Positions 24,950 to 36,279 of a stretch of DNA of 64,000 nt are shown in pieces. Source of the DNA: Octopus sinensis (Eukaryota); contig NC_042999.1 in assembly GCF_006345805.1 (NCBI RefSeq), positions 36,890,001 to 36,954,000 of the forward strand. Direction: 5' to 3'. How positions within the stretch are numbered: the stretch's first letter is position 1; every line of letters starts with the position of its first letter. Both the position numbers and the translations under genes were made by a program. The notes beneath the pieces were generated by a model. That model was not told where the DNA came from and searched no databases. It saw only the letters and a program-made list of their open reading frames with translations.

Positions 24950-25803
24950 GGTTTTTCCGTTTTCGTTTCTCGTTGAGTTCTACGTCTCTGTTTTTCTGTT
25001 GTAAAAAAATGGTTTTTCCGTTTTCGTTTCTCGTTGAGTTCTACGTCTAGTTGTGGTGTCCTGTACTCACATATATATATTTATATATGCATGTATATAT
25101 ACATGTAGATGTAGGTACGTACATATATGTTTGTATGTATGCATATATTTTATTTATTACACTATATATATATATATATAAATGTATAAATATATGTGTG
25201 TCCTTGTGTTCATGTTCATGTTTATGTTTATATGTGTGTTTGTATAGTGTTGTTTACATATTTTTACTTAATATAACCTCCCGGTAGATCAAGTCCATAA
25301 CCTAGTATCAATTCCTGGTTGTGACCATTTTTTGTTATACATTACAAATACTCTTAAAAGAAAGTCATGTCCATCACACAATCTCATCTTCCCTTCCTTA
25401 TAAATCTGAGACCATGTGCCTAGGTAAGGAATTCCTATTTCTTAACTTTTAACTGATATGTAATAATGTGTGTATGTGTGTATTTGGCTTGTTATTTCTT
25501 AGTTATTTATCTCCTGTTTTTTTTGTTTTGTTTTGGTTTTTTTAAAATTACAACTTAGCTTTATTTCTTCACTTAAACTGAAAAGGCTTTAAACAATATT
25601 TTTTCTGAAAATAACAAATGTATTATTATTAGTAGTAGTATTATTATTATTATTCTGAGCTCAAATTCTGCCTAGGTCAAACTTTGCCTTTCATCCTTTC
25701 GGGGTTGATAAAATAAGTACCAGTTGAGCACTGGGGTTGATGTAATCAACTTAGCCCCTTCCCCCAAACCTGCTGGCTTTGTGCCAAAATTTGAAATCAT
25801 TAA

Positions 25804-25851
<48 letters not shown>

Positions 25852-25862
25852 TATTATTATTA

Positions 25863-25894
<32 letters not shown>

Positions 25895-26400
25895 TATTAT
25901 TATTATTATTATTATTTATTATTATTATTTAAGGTGGTGAGCTGGCAGAACCATTACCACACTGGATAAAATGCTTAGTAGCATTTCTTCCATCTTGATG
26001 TTAGTTCAAGTTCTGCTATGGTCTGCTTTGCCTTTTATCCTTTTGGGGGTGATAAAATAAAGTATCAGTCATATACTGTGGTTGATGTGATCAACTAGCT
26101 CCCTCCCGCCATATTTCAGGCCTTTTGCCTACCATATTATTATTATGATTATTACCTATTATGATGGTTGTCCATGTACAGTGTTATTTTTGTTGATCCA
26201 TGGCAGATGTTTTCACATTCCTTGATAGATGATAACTTCGTCTTACATTGTGTTATCTATGTAATACTGACCATTGTCCACATTTAACTGAATTGCTACA
26301 AAGTGAGGATTAATTTTATGCATGCCTCTATGTTTGTAGGCATATTTTTGTAAAAACGAAAGAGCTTGATGATATACATGCATAGTCTCACACTTATATA
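23451..26400. repeat. Near-identical tandem duplication, unit about 1.5 kb (23451-24900 and 24947-26400)
   Basis: Direct comparison. The differences I found are only repeat-length changes. Breakpoints lie in (TA)n tracts. Each unit holds two family A SINEs and an (ATT)n tract. Confidence 0.95.
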
Positions 26401-26747
26401 ATATATATATGTATATATATATATATATAAATATATGTATATGTGTACACACACACACACACGCTTCTGGGAGAAGAAAAAATTACTGCATAAAATGATT
26501 CTGTATTGGATTGAGCTACAGTAGTTGTTTGTCATTAAAAATGCTTTTTCTCACAGTTTGTAATATAAAATAGATTTCTAAAAATGTTGTTGCAAATGAA
26601 TGATAAATATATTTGAGTGGATTAATAATGAATACATTCCAAAAATCTTTAAACATTTGTTTCGAAATTGTTATTTTAATGTAAGATCTAAGTTTATAAT
26701 AATAATAATAATTATTATAATAATAATCATAATAATAATAATAATAA

Positions 26748-27088
26748 AGTAGTGGGGGAGCATCATAGCCATGTGTTGAGAGGGATTCTTTGGGGTTTGA
26801 ATAATTCACCTCTGGAAACATGGGTGTTTTGTTCAACATCCTTAAACAATCCTTATTCAGGGACCTTTTGAACGAAATGGGTTACTCGACCAGAAGAAAA
26901 TTCTAACTGGGCCCCACCTGCAAGGTCATGCACTGTTTATCTTGATTTGAGATCACCATGTTGCGCACATATGGTTGTGATGCACGTGCCTGGTGTACCC
27001 TTATCAGACGGGTAGTCATGATGGGTATACTGGGCTTCGTATATTTTACCCCAGTGTCACTTTGATGGCATGCACTGCTCTCTCACTC

Positions 27089-27135
<47 letters not shown>
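26748..27135 (+). mobile_element. Probable retroposed element embedded in (TAA)n
   Basis: About 340 bp of higher-GC sequence flanked on both sides by (AAT)n. Single copy in the window, family unassigned. Confidence 0.4.
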
Positions 27136-27136
<1 letters not shown>

Positions 27137-27894
27137 CCACATAACACAACAAACTGATGCAGTACCCTAACAGGAAGAGTTTATCCTCCTCCAATCCCCA
27201 TGAAAATAAGAACAAAATGCTGCACACACCTCAGGAACACAGGTGCATCAGGTGATGCAGTTGAAACTCTCATGAAACTACTGAATAAGAAGAAATAATA
27301 ATAATGATAATAATAATAATAATATACAATGAAAACACTTAGAAGATTTTACTCTTTAAAAAATTTGTTTTTTAAATTACCTGCTGCAACGAAAGTAGTT
27401 TCTATATTTTGAGCACCTTCAGATGTTAGCACATTTTGTTTGGATCCCCATGTACAATGATGTTTGAAGAATTCTTATTCAAGTTGAATAAATTTCTCTT
27501 GTTCACTGACTGGGAATCCATTTCATAACCCATTTAAATTAGTCCAACCATTTTTCATTCCTATGTTGATTTTTCATAAATTCATGAGAGGTATTTGCTT
27601 GCCTTCAAACCCCTCTGTATGTGATTCAATCAATGGCATAACACTCAAATACTGAAACATGGTTTTGCTGAGCATAAGGTAAACCTAGACCTCATTTTAT
27701 GATCTAAAACACTATGTAGTAAGTTCATAGACAGTACATATGTGTAAAATGCGGGAAGCTGGAAATGTAGAGAAACCCTTTAGCACTCACATTATTCTGT
27801 CAAAAGTAATGCATATTTATTCACATTCTTTTGAATTAATCATGCATTATCTTGTAGCTTTGAGATTTCAATGATGTGATTGTTTATTTTCAGA

Positions 27895-28292
27895 GGAGTG
27901 GCTGTGTGGTAAGTAGCTTGCTTATGAACCACATGGTTCCGGGTTCAGTCCCACTGCGTGACACCTTGGGCAAGTGTCTTCTACTATAGCCTCAGGCCGA
28001 CCAAAGCCTTGTGAGTGGATTTGGTAGACGGAAACTGAAAGAAGCCCGTCATATATATATGTGTATCTATATATATATATATATATATATGTGTATGTTT
28101 GTGTGTTGTATTTGTCCCCACCAACATCGCTTGACAACCGATGCTGGTGTATTTACGCCCCTGTAACGGTTCGGTAAAAGAGACCGATAGAATAAGTACT
28201 AGGCTTACAAAGAATAAGTCCTGGGGTTGATTTCCTCGACTAAAGGCGGTGCTCCAGCATGGCCACAGTCAAATGACTGAAACAAGTAAATG
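27895..28292 (+). mobile_element. SINE family B, full length
   Basis: Same consensus as 11821-12211. Further copies at about 31564-31953(+), 33352-33975(+), 34350-34800(+), 39421-39818(+), 42608-43009(-), 43482-43940(+) and 45128-45532(-). Confidence 0.85.
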
Positions 28293-28439
28293 AGTAAATG
28301 AGTATGGTACGTGTGAGAGGCTGGATCTAACCATTTTAAACATAGAACAGGTAGACTATTTGGGCCCCTGATATGACCTGTTTAAAAGGTAAAGGGTTAG
28401 TAATAGCTCGTATTAAACACATTATTGTAAATTCTATAT

Positions 28440-28904
28440 CACCTTGATCACCTTGACCAACCAGTCCGTCAGGCGTCCATTTGACACCACTGGTCACAGC
28501 ACGCTGCCCACTCCTCTCTGGATCGCACCTTTCTCATCCACGTGATCCCAATCATCCTCCTGAAATCACAACTCCACTGTCGTGGAGGTCTTCCGCGCCA
28601 ACCTCATTAACAGTGCAGTTCTGCCTGCAATGTTATATGGTAGTGAAACATGGGCTACCACAAAGAGAGAAGAGCAAAGACTAGTAACGGCTCAAAGAGC
28701 CATGGAAAGGTCAATGCTTGGTATCTCGTTGAGAGAGCACATAAGTAGCAAGATCATCAGAAAGAAGTCCGGCGTGAGAGATGTCATCGCAGAGTATACA
28801 CGCAGCAAGTATAGATGGGCTGGACACGTCGCCCGGCTCACCAATAATTGGTGGACGCACGCAGTTGTCGAGTGGTACCCACGTGAGCGGAAAAGACCAC
28901 CCGG
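28440..28904 (-). mobile_element. RTE LINE insertion with inverted 5' segment and 11-bp TSD
   Basis: 3' end on the minus strand (28440-28595), upstream ORF2 segment on the plus strand (28594-28904). TSD AAATTCTATAT at 28429-28439 and 28905-28915. Confidence 0.9.
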
Positions 28905-29819
28905 AAATTCTATATATTCATCAATATTATCAAAATTCAAAAATATTTACTGACAATGTATTTTATAACATCACTGATTCTTGTATGAAGAGCTACACTA
29001 ACTGTGTAATGCAGCATAAACTGTTTTGGACAATATACTAAATCTCAGAGTAGTATCTAACATAAATTGTTACTTGCATGTACATAGTATATAGTTATAC
29101 AGTTTAGCTTTCAGCTTACCTCAAGAAAATACAAAACACAGCAATGAAAAGAGCCCAGCTGGTTGTAAACAAATTTAATATTTAATGCTGTCTTATGGCA
29201 TGGGTATGCTGGGCTGTTGCCCATGAGTCCTCACAAGTCTCAGGGACCAGTTATGATCTATGTATGTTGTGGCTTGCTGTCAATCAATAAATACTCTAGG
29301 GCCCAGTACATTGATTTGGTCCAGGACCTTTAACGCTGCTGAGACAGTCTTCACTTAATGCTTTCTAAATACCACATGTGATTAAAAACATATTTCCTAT
29401 ATTCATATAGAGTATTTTGTAAATTAGTGTAGAAATTACATACTGCTAATAGTAACAGCACTATTTGGGAGATTGTAGTATATTTATTGTTGTTGTTGTT
29501 GTTGTGTTGTTGTTGTTGAGCAAACCTTGTCAACTCTACTGATGTCGATCTGCAAGGGATCTTTATTGTGAGCATGCTGTTCTAAAATCATTACTTAAAC
29601 ACATGCCTGTTTGTATGTATCTATGCGTGTATGTGAATATAAATATATTATGTATTTGTGTGCGTGTGTATATGTATATGTTTGGTTTGTATATGATATG
29701 TCTATGTATCTTTGTGTGTGTATATATATTATGTATCTCTGTATGTGTATATATAAACTGGTGGTGCCCCAGCATGGCCACAGCCTTGGGGCTGAAAAGT
29801 CTAAAAGAATAAAGGAATA

Positions 29820-29865
<46 letters not shown>

Positions 29866-30355
29866 CACACACACATTCACACATATAAGTTTGTATATAT
29901 TTATGTGTGTGTATGTATATATATGTGCGTATTTATACATATATGTAACTTTACTTCTATGTACATTATAAATCTACACGAAGGGTTACTGCATTCCTGT
30001 GATTTCCGGTTCTTGGCAGAGTTGCAAGTTCTCCTGAAACCCTGCTGCCAATAAATCATGAAGATAAAGCTGTTCATAAGTCGCACGCACGTCCATTTAG
30101 TTCAGTTCTATGTTTAGACAAAAATTTCCAAAGAAATGAAGAAAGAATAATCTGAAAGAAAAGAAATTTAATTTTTACAAACGAAAAAAAAAGGAAAATT
30201 AAAAGAAAGTAAATAATTTATCTGAGTTACAGAAAAATGTTTTGGGGGTGAAATTCTCAGAATGACTTTTCTCTTTGCTGTTTTTATTTTTATTTCAATA
30301 TTTTTGAAAATGTCTTTGTTTCTCTTTTTTGTTTTTCCTTTTAGAAAATAAAATG

Positions 30356-30416
<61 letters not shown>

Positions 30417-30600
30417 GCGGGTGGCACGTAAAAAGCACCCACTACACTCACGGAGTGGTTGGCGTTAGGAAAGGCATATCGCCGTAGAAACACTGCCAGA
30501 TCTGACTAGGCCTGATGAAGCCTTCCGGCTTCACAGAGCCCAGTTGAACCGTCCAACCCATGCTAGCATGGAAAACGGACGCTAAATGATGATGATGATG

Positions 30601-30633
<33 letters not shown>

Positions 30634-31065
30634 GTGGGCACATGGCCTAGGTGATTAGAGTGATGCACTCAAGATCTCAAGATCATGGTTTCAATTCCTA
30701 GACCAGGCAGTGCATTGTGTTCTTGAGCAAAATACTTCATCTCACATTGCTCAGTTAATCACTTCAACACCTGAAGCATGGTACACTATGCACCTGTTCA
30801 GGCAATGTCAATTGGAGTGAGGAAGTGAGTTAATGTGTGGCACATACATTGGATCACTATAAACATATCATTCAGCAAAAACTGAGCACTCATATGTCAT
30901 CTTCAACAGGTGAGTCCAACATTATTATTATTATTATTATTATTATCACTAGCACTATGACCCAGCAACGCCAGGTCATAATGCTAGTGCATGCATATAC
31001 AGCTGCATGCATGCACACATTCACGCAAGTACTGTCCAAATCTCCGACCAATCACATACAGCTAG

Positions 31066-31318
31066 CTAGCATTCAATTAGTGTATCAAGTTTCGGGCATT
31101 TCAATTGGGTTTTTGGATAGAAAATTCACAAAATAGTCACTTCTATTGATTTTTTTAATGGCTTTGCGGAGTGACTGGGGAAATGTAAAGATGTGCACGA
31201 CCACCCTTGGACGGTTTTGAATGACCATAGAAAGTGCGAGCCCTCTAACTGAAAAATTGTGGATTTGTATAAAGGACACACACACAGACAGACATTTTGC
31301 CGTTTATATATTGAGAGA
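31066..31318 (-). mobile_element. Degenerate non-autonomous Helitron-like element (second family)
   Basis: Minus-strand start A|TCTCTCAATATATAAACGGC and a CTAG-like end with a decayed hairpin. Confidence 0.45.
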
Positions 31319-32649
31319 TTATTATTATTAAGGTGGTGAGTTGGCAGAATTGTTAGCACCCCGAGCAGAATGCTTAGCAGGATTTCATCCATCTTCACAT
31401 TCTAAGTTCAATTTCTGCTGAGGCTAGCTTTGCCTTCCATCTTTTGGGGTTGATAAATTAAGTACCGGTGAAACAATGGGGTCAGTGTAATTGACTTGTC
31501 TCCTTTCCCCAAATTTCAGGCTTTGTGCCTTTAGTAGAAAGGATTATTATTATTATTATTAATTGGCGCAGGAGTGGCTGTGTGGTAAGTAGCTTGCTAA
31601 CCAACCACATGGTTCCGGGTTCAGTCCGACTGCGTGGCATCTTGGGCAAGTGTCTTTTGCTATAGCCTCGGGCTGACCAATGCCTTGTGAGTGGACTTGG
31701 TAGATGGAAACTGAAAGAAGCCTGTCGTATATATGTATGTGTGTGTGTGTTTGTGTGTCTGTGTTTGTCCCCCTAGTATTGCTTGACAACCGATGCTGGT
31801 GTGTTTACGTCCCCGTCACTTAGCGGTTTGGCAAAAGAGACCGATAGAATAAGTACTGGGCTTACAAAGAATAAGTCCCGGGGTCGATTTGCTCGACTAA
31901 AGGCGGTGCTCCAGCATGGCCGCAGTCAAATGACTGAAATAAGTAAAAGAGTAAAAGGTGGCGATCTGGCAGACCTGTTAGTACTCCAGGCAGAATGCTT
32001 AGCGCCATTTCATCTGTCTTTACATTATAAGTTCAAATTTCACCAAGGTTGACTTTGGCTTTTATCCTTTTGAGATTGATAAAATAAGTACCAGTTGATT
32101 GAATAAATATCAGGCTTAAAAAAAGATAAATACTTGGGTCAATTCATTTGACTAAACATTCAAAGCAGTGCCCCAGCATGGCCTCAGACTGAAATGAGTA
32201 AAAGATAAATGAAAAGAAGATAGTTGGTCAGAGCACAGAATCAAGCTGGGAAATCTAATAACAGTTGCTTTTGATAGGATCCAATGGAGGAGGTGTCTGA
32301 CAATTCTACTCCCACAACTCTCCCAGTAATAGAGGACAGAGAAGATAGATGAATTTCTTTTTATGGTTTAGCTTGGAGGAATCAGGCCATTTTTCCATGT
32401 CCTCCATAGTCTCTCCAAAACGATTGAGCTTCAATGTTGGTTTTCATCTTTTATACAATTTCAGGAAAAGCATGGATCAAAGGAGGAAGAAAAACCCAAA
32501 GGGTTGATAGCTAAGAATGGACTGGATTTAGTGGTTAGTAATAGTGACTGGAGGAGGGTAAGCACAACATCAGGCATGAGAAGAAAGGAGATGTGGGAGT
32601 TTTTGTCTTCAAATTGCTTGAATAAACTTATCTTTTGAACTCACTATAT

Positions 32650-33040
32650 TACGTATGTGGAAGCACTCCGTCGGTTACGACGACGAGGGTTCCGGTTGAT
32701 CCGAATCAATGGAACAGCCTGCTTGTGAAATTAACGTGTAAGTGGCTGAGCACTCCACAGACACGTGTACCCTTAACGTAGTTCTCGGGAATATTCAGCA
32801 TGACACAGAGAGTGACAAGGCCGGCCCTTTGAAATACAGGTACAAGAGAGACAGGAAGTAAGAGTGAGAGAAAGTTGTGGTGAAAGAGTACAGCAGGGAT
32901 CACCACCATCCCTGTCGGAGCCTCGTGGAGCTTTAGGTGTTTTCGCTCAATAAACACTCACAACACCCGGTCTGGGAATCGAAACCACGATCCTACGACC
33001 GCGAGTCCGCTGCCCTAACCACTGGGCCATTGCGCCTCCA
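32650..33040 (-). mobile_element. tRNA-derived SINE, head F plus tail ii
   Basis: Head GGAGGCGCAATGGCCCAGTGG, tail GTACCTGTATTTCAAAGGGCC...CGTAACCGACGGAGTGC. Confidence 0.8.
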
Positions 33041-33054
33041 CATTACATATGTGA

Positions 33055-33303
33055 AGGTGTGTTGTCTGGTGATTAGATTGTTGCACTCACAATTGCTAGA
33101 TCGTAGGTTCAGTTCCCAGACTGTACAGAACATTGTGTTCTTGAGCAAACCACTTCATTTCACATTGCTCCACTCCACCCGACTGTAAATGGATATCCCC
33201 TCCCCTGCAATGGAATAGCTTTCTAGTTAGGGGGAATGTTGGCCTGCTCACCTAGCCAGCTGGGTAGCATCATTTGAAAACTAAAGCAATGCGACCGGTG
33301 ATA
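33055..33303 (+). mobile_element. Degraded SINE, head/core C plus tail iii
   Basis: TTCTTGAGCAAACCACTT core, then TGTTGGCCTGCTCACCTAGCC...GCAATGCGACCGGTGATATA. Confidence 0.6.
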
Positions 33304-33540
33304 TATAACAACATCTAATAATTTAATTGATATCATGATATTACACAGAGGCACAGGCGTGGCTGTGTGGTAAAAGGCTTGCTTCCCAACCACATGGTTC
33401 TATGTTCAGTCCACTGCACCATGGCAGCTTGGGCAAGTGTCTTCTACTATAGCCTCGGGCCAACCAAAGCTTTGTGAGTGGATTTGGTAGATGGAAACTG
33501 AAAGAAGCCTGTCATATATGTATATATATATATATATATA

Positions 33541-33735
33541 AAGGGAAAGTTTACGAAAATAAACAAAAGACGAAGGCAGGTGGTGTACAAACAAACCAAT
33601 GTATTAGTATAGCGCTCAGGAATAGAAAAAGTCTTTTACGTTTCGAGCCTATGCTCTTCCACAGAAAGATACACAGAAAAAAACAAGGAGAGAAAAAAAA
33701 ATGTGTATAGTAGCTAATGATCTATCATGGCGTAT
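33541..33735 (-). mobile_element. Penelope-like terminal fragment carrying a hammerhead-like motif, inside the microsatellite of a family B SINE
   Basis: Flanked by (TA)n and contains the motif at 33632-33669. Confidence 0.55.
33632..33669 (-). ncRNA. Minimal type I hammerhead ribozyme-like motif (variant core)
   Basis: UCUUU-CUGUGGA-A-GAGC(AUAG)GCUC-GAAAC-GUA-AAAGA. Confidence 0.5.
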
Positions 33736-34523
33736 ATATATATAGATATATATATGTGTGTGTGTGTGTGTGAATGTATATATCTTTGTGTCCGTATTGG
33801 CAACCAGTGTTGGTGCGTTTATGTCCCCATAACTTAGCAGTTTAGCAAAAGGGACTGATAGAATAAGTACTAGGCTTACAAATAATAAATCCTGAGGTCG
33901 ATTTCTTTGACTAAAACCCTTCAATGTGGTGCTCCAGCTTGGCCACAGTCAAACGACTGAAACAAGTAATAGAATAATCGAATATGTAAGATTCTACCGT
34001 GTGTATTTTGTATACAGAACACTCCACAGAGGTACTTTCGCACAGCCATATTCATAATCAACCTTTAAATAATCAACCTTTTTGTATTTGTTTCAGTCAT
34101 TGGACTGAAGGGGTTAGTCAAATCGGTCCTAGTATTCTTCTAAGTCACAGAGATGTAAACAAACCAGCATTGGTTGTCAAGCAGCGGGTGGAACAAACTC
34201 AAAGATGCATGCTTACACCCACTGAATGACACTTTGAGCAAGTGTCTTCCGCTAAACCCTCAGGCCGACCAAAGCCTTGTGAGTGGATTTGGTAGATAGA
34301 ATCGGAATGAAACCTGTTATACATACATACATATGTATGTATGTACAGACGCCGGAGTGGCTGTGTGGTAAGTAGCCTGCTTACCAGCCACATGGTTCCG
34401 GGTTCAGTCCCACTGTGTGGCACCTTGGGCAAGTTGCCTTCTACTATAGCCTCGGGTTGACCAAAGCCTTCTGAGTGGATTTGGTAGACAGAAACTGAAA
34501 GAAGCCCATCGTATATATGTATG

Positions 34524-34597
<74 letters not shown>

Positions 34598-35171
34598 GTG
34601 TGTGTGTGTGTTTGTCCCCACCAACATCGCTTGACAACTGATGCTGGTGCGTTTACATCCCCGTAACTTAGCAGTTCGGCAAAAGAGACCGATAGAATAA
34701 GTACTAGGCTTACAAAGAATAAGTCCTGGGGTCGATTTGCTCGACTAAAGGTGGTGCTCCAGCATGGCCGCAGTCAATTGACTGAAACAAGTAAAAGAGT
34801 ATATGTTTGTATGCATGGGTGTGTGTGCATCTTGGAGTCCAGTGTTCGTCTTCCACTCACTCACCCACCGTTTGACAACAGGTGTTAGTGTGTTTATATC
34901 CTCGTAACTTAGAGGTTCGGCAAAAAAACCGATGGAGTAAGTACCAGGCTTTAAAAAACAGTATTGAGATCCATTCGTTATGATATAGTTTAGATTCTTA
35001 ATTAAATATCATTGGCATGAATTCACTTTTCATCCTCCTGGCGTTGGATATATAATTACCAGTCAAATATTGGGGTTGGTTTAATTGAGTGTCGTCACAC
35101 TCTAGACGTATTTACTAAATCATGCCAGGGCTACAAGTTCTCATCGAAAATCAAGTGCGTTCTGTCTCAAT

Positions 35172-35925
35172 CATCATCATCATCATCGTCGTCGTTTAAC
35201 GTCCGTTCTCCATGCTAGCATGGGTTGGACGGTTCGACCGGGGTTCTGGGAAGCCAGAAGGCTGCACCAGGCTCCAGTCTAATTTGGCAATGTTTCTACA
35301 GCTGGATGCCCTTCCTAACGCCAACCACTCCGTGAGTGTAGTGGGTGCTTTTTACGTGCCACCTGCACAGGTGCCAGGCGGGGCTGGCAACGGCCACGGT
35401 CAGATTGGTGTATTTTATGTGCCACCGGCACGGAAGCCAGTCGAGGCGGTGCTGGCATCGGCCACGAGTCGGATAGTGCTTTTTACGTACCACCAGACCA
35501 GGGATCCTGGCTGGTTCAATTCGATTTCGATTTCGCTTGCCCCAACATGTCTTCACAAGCAAAGGGCGTTGGCAAGGGTGCCTGTCGTACGGTCGCATTG
35601 GAGTATTTTACGTGCCACGGCCACGAGTCGGATAGTGCTTTTTACGTACCACCAGACCAGGGATCCTGGCTGGTTCAATTCGATTTCGATTTCGCTTGCC
35701 CCAACATGTCTTCACAAGCAAAGGGCGTTGGCATGGGTGCCTGTCGTACGGTCGCATTGGAGTATTTTACGTGCCACGGCCCCGAGTCGGATAGTGCTTT
35801 TTACGTACCACCAGGCCAGGGATCCTGGCTGGTTCAATTCGGTTTCGATTTCGATTTCGATTTCGCTTGCCCCAACATGTCTTCGCAAGCATGGGGGGTT
35901 GGGATGGGTGTCTGTCGTCGGATGA
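35172..35925 (-). mobile_element. RTE 3' end with a 159-bp internal tandem triplication
   Basis: Units start at 35460, 35619 and 35778, and the first two are nearly identical. (CAT)n tail at 35172. Confidence 0.85.
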
Positions 35926-35944
35926 GGTTCTATATCGACTATAT

Positions 35945-35990
<46 letters not shown>

Positions 35991-35992
<2 letters not shown>

Positions 35993-36279
35993 CACCGTGA
36001 CCGACCAGGCTATCAGATGTTGCTACACATCGCTGGTCACAATGCGCTTCGCATTGTTTTAGCCTTCGAATGACGCCACCCCGCTGGTTAAGCGAGCAGG
36101 CCAACAGAAGAAAGAGTGAGAGAAAGTTGTGGTGAAAGAGTACAGCAGGGATCCCTGCCGGAGCCTCGTGGAGCTTTAGGCGTTTTCGCTCAATAAACAC
36201 TCACAACGCCCGGTATGAGAATCGAAACCGCAATCCTACGACCGCGAGTCTGCTGCCCTAACCACTGGGCCATTGTGCC
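35991..36279 (-). mobile_element. tRNA-derived SINE, head F plus RTE-like tail iii
   Basis: Tail TGTGACCAG...CTGGTCGGTCACGGTGAT matches the RTE 3' end at 63703. Confidence 0.8.

Noticed and set aside
27381-30095. Minus-strand spliced gene using donor-like sites at 29119 and 27380 and a coding-looking patch at 29975-30095
   Set aside because: Joined products are short and match nothing I recognise, the acceptors are weak, and the 27381-27660 frame has three stops. RNA-seq is needed.
32985-33040. tRNA genes at SINE heads
   Set aside because: A and B boxes are present but there is no closed acceptor stem, and each runs into a SINE body.
35212-35925. 237-aa ORF as a host gene
   Set aside because: It is antisense to an RTE 3' UTR and is kept open by a 159-bp repeat. 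No recognisable domain.
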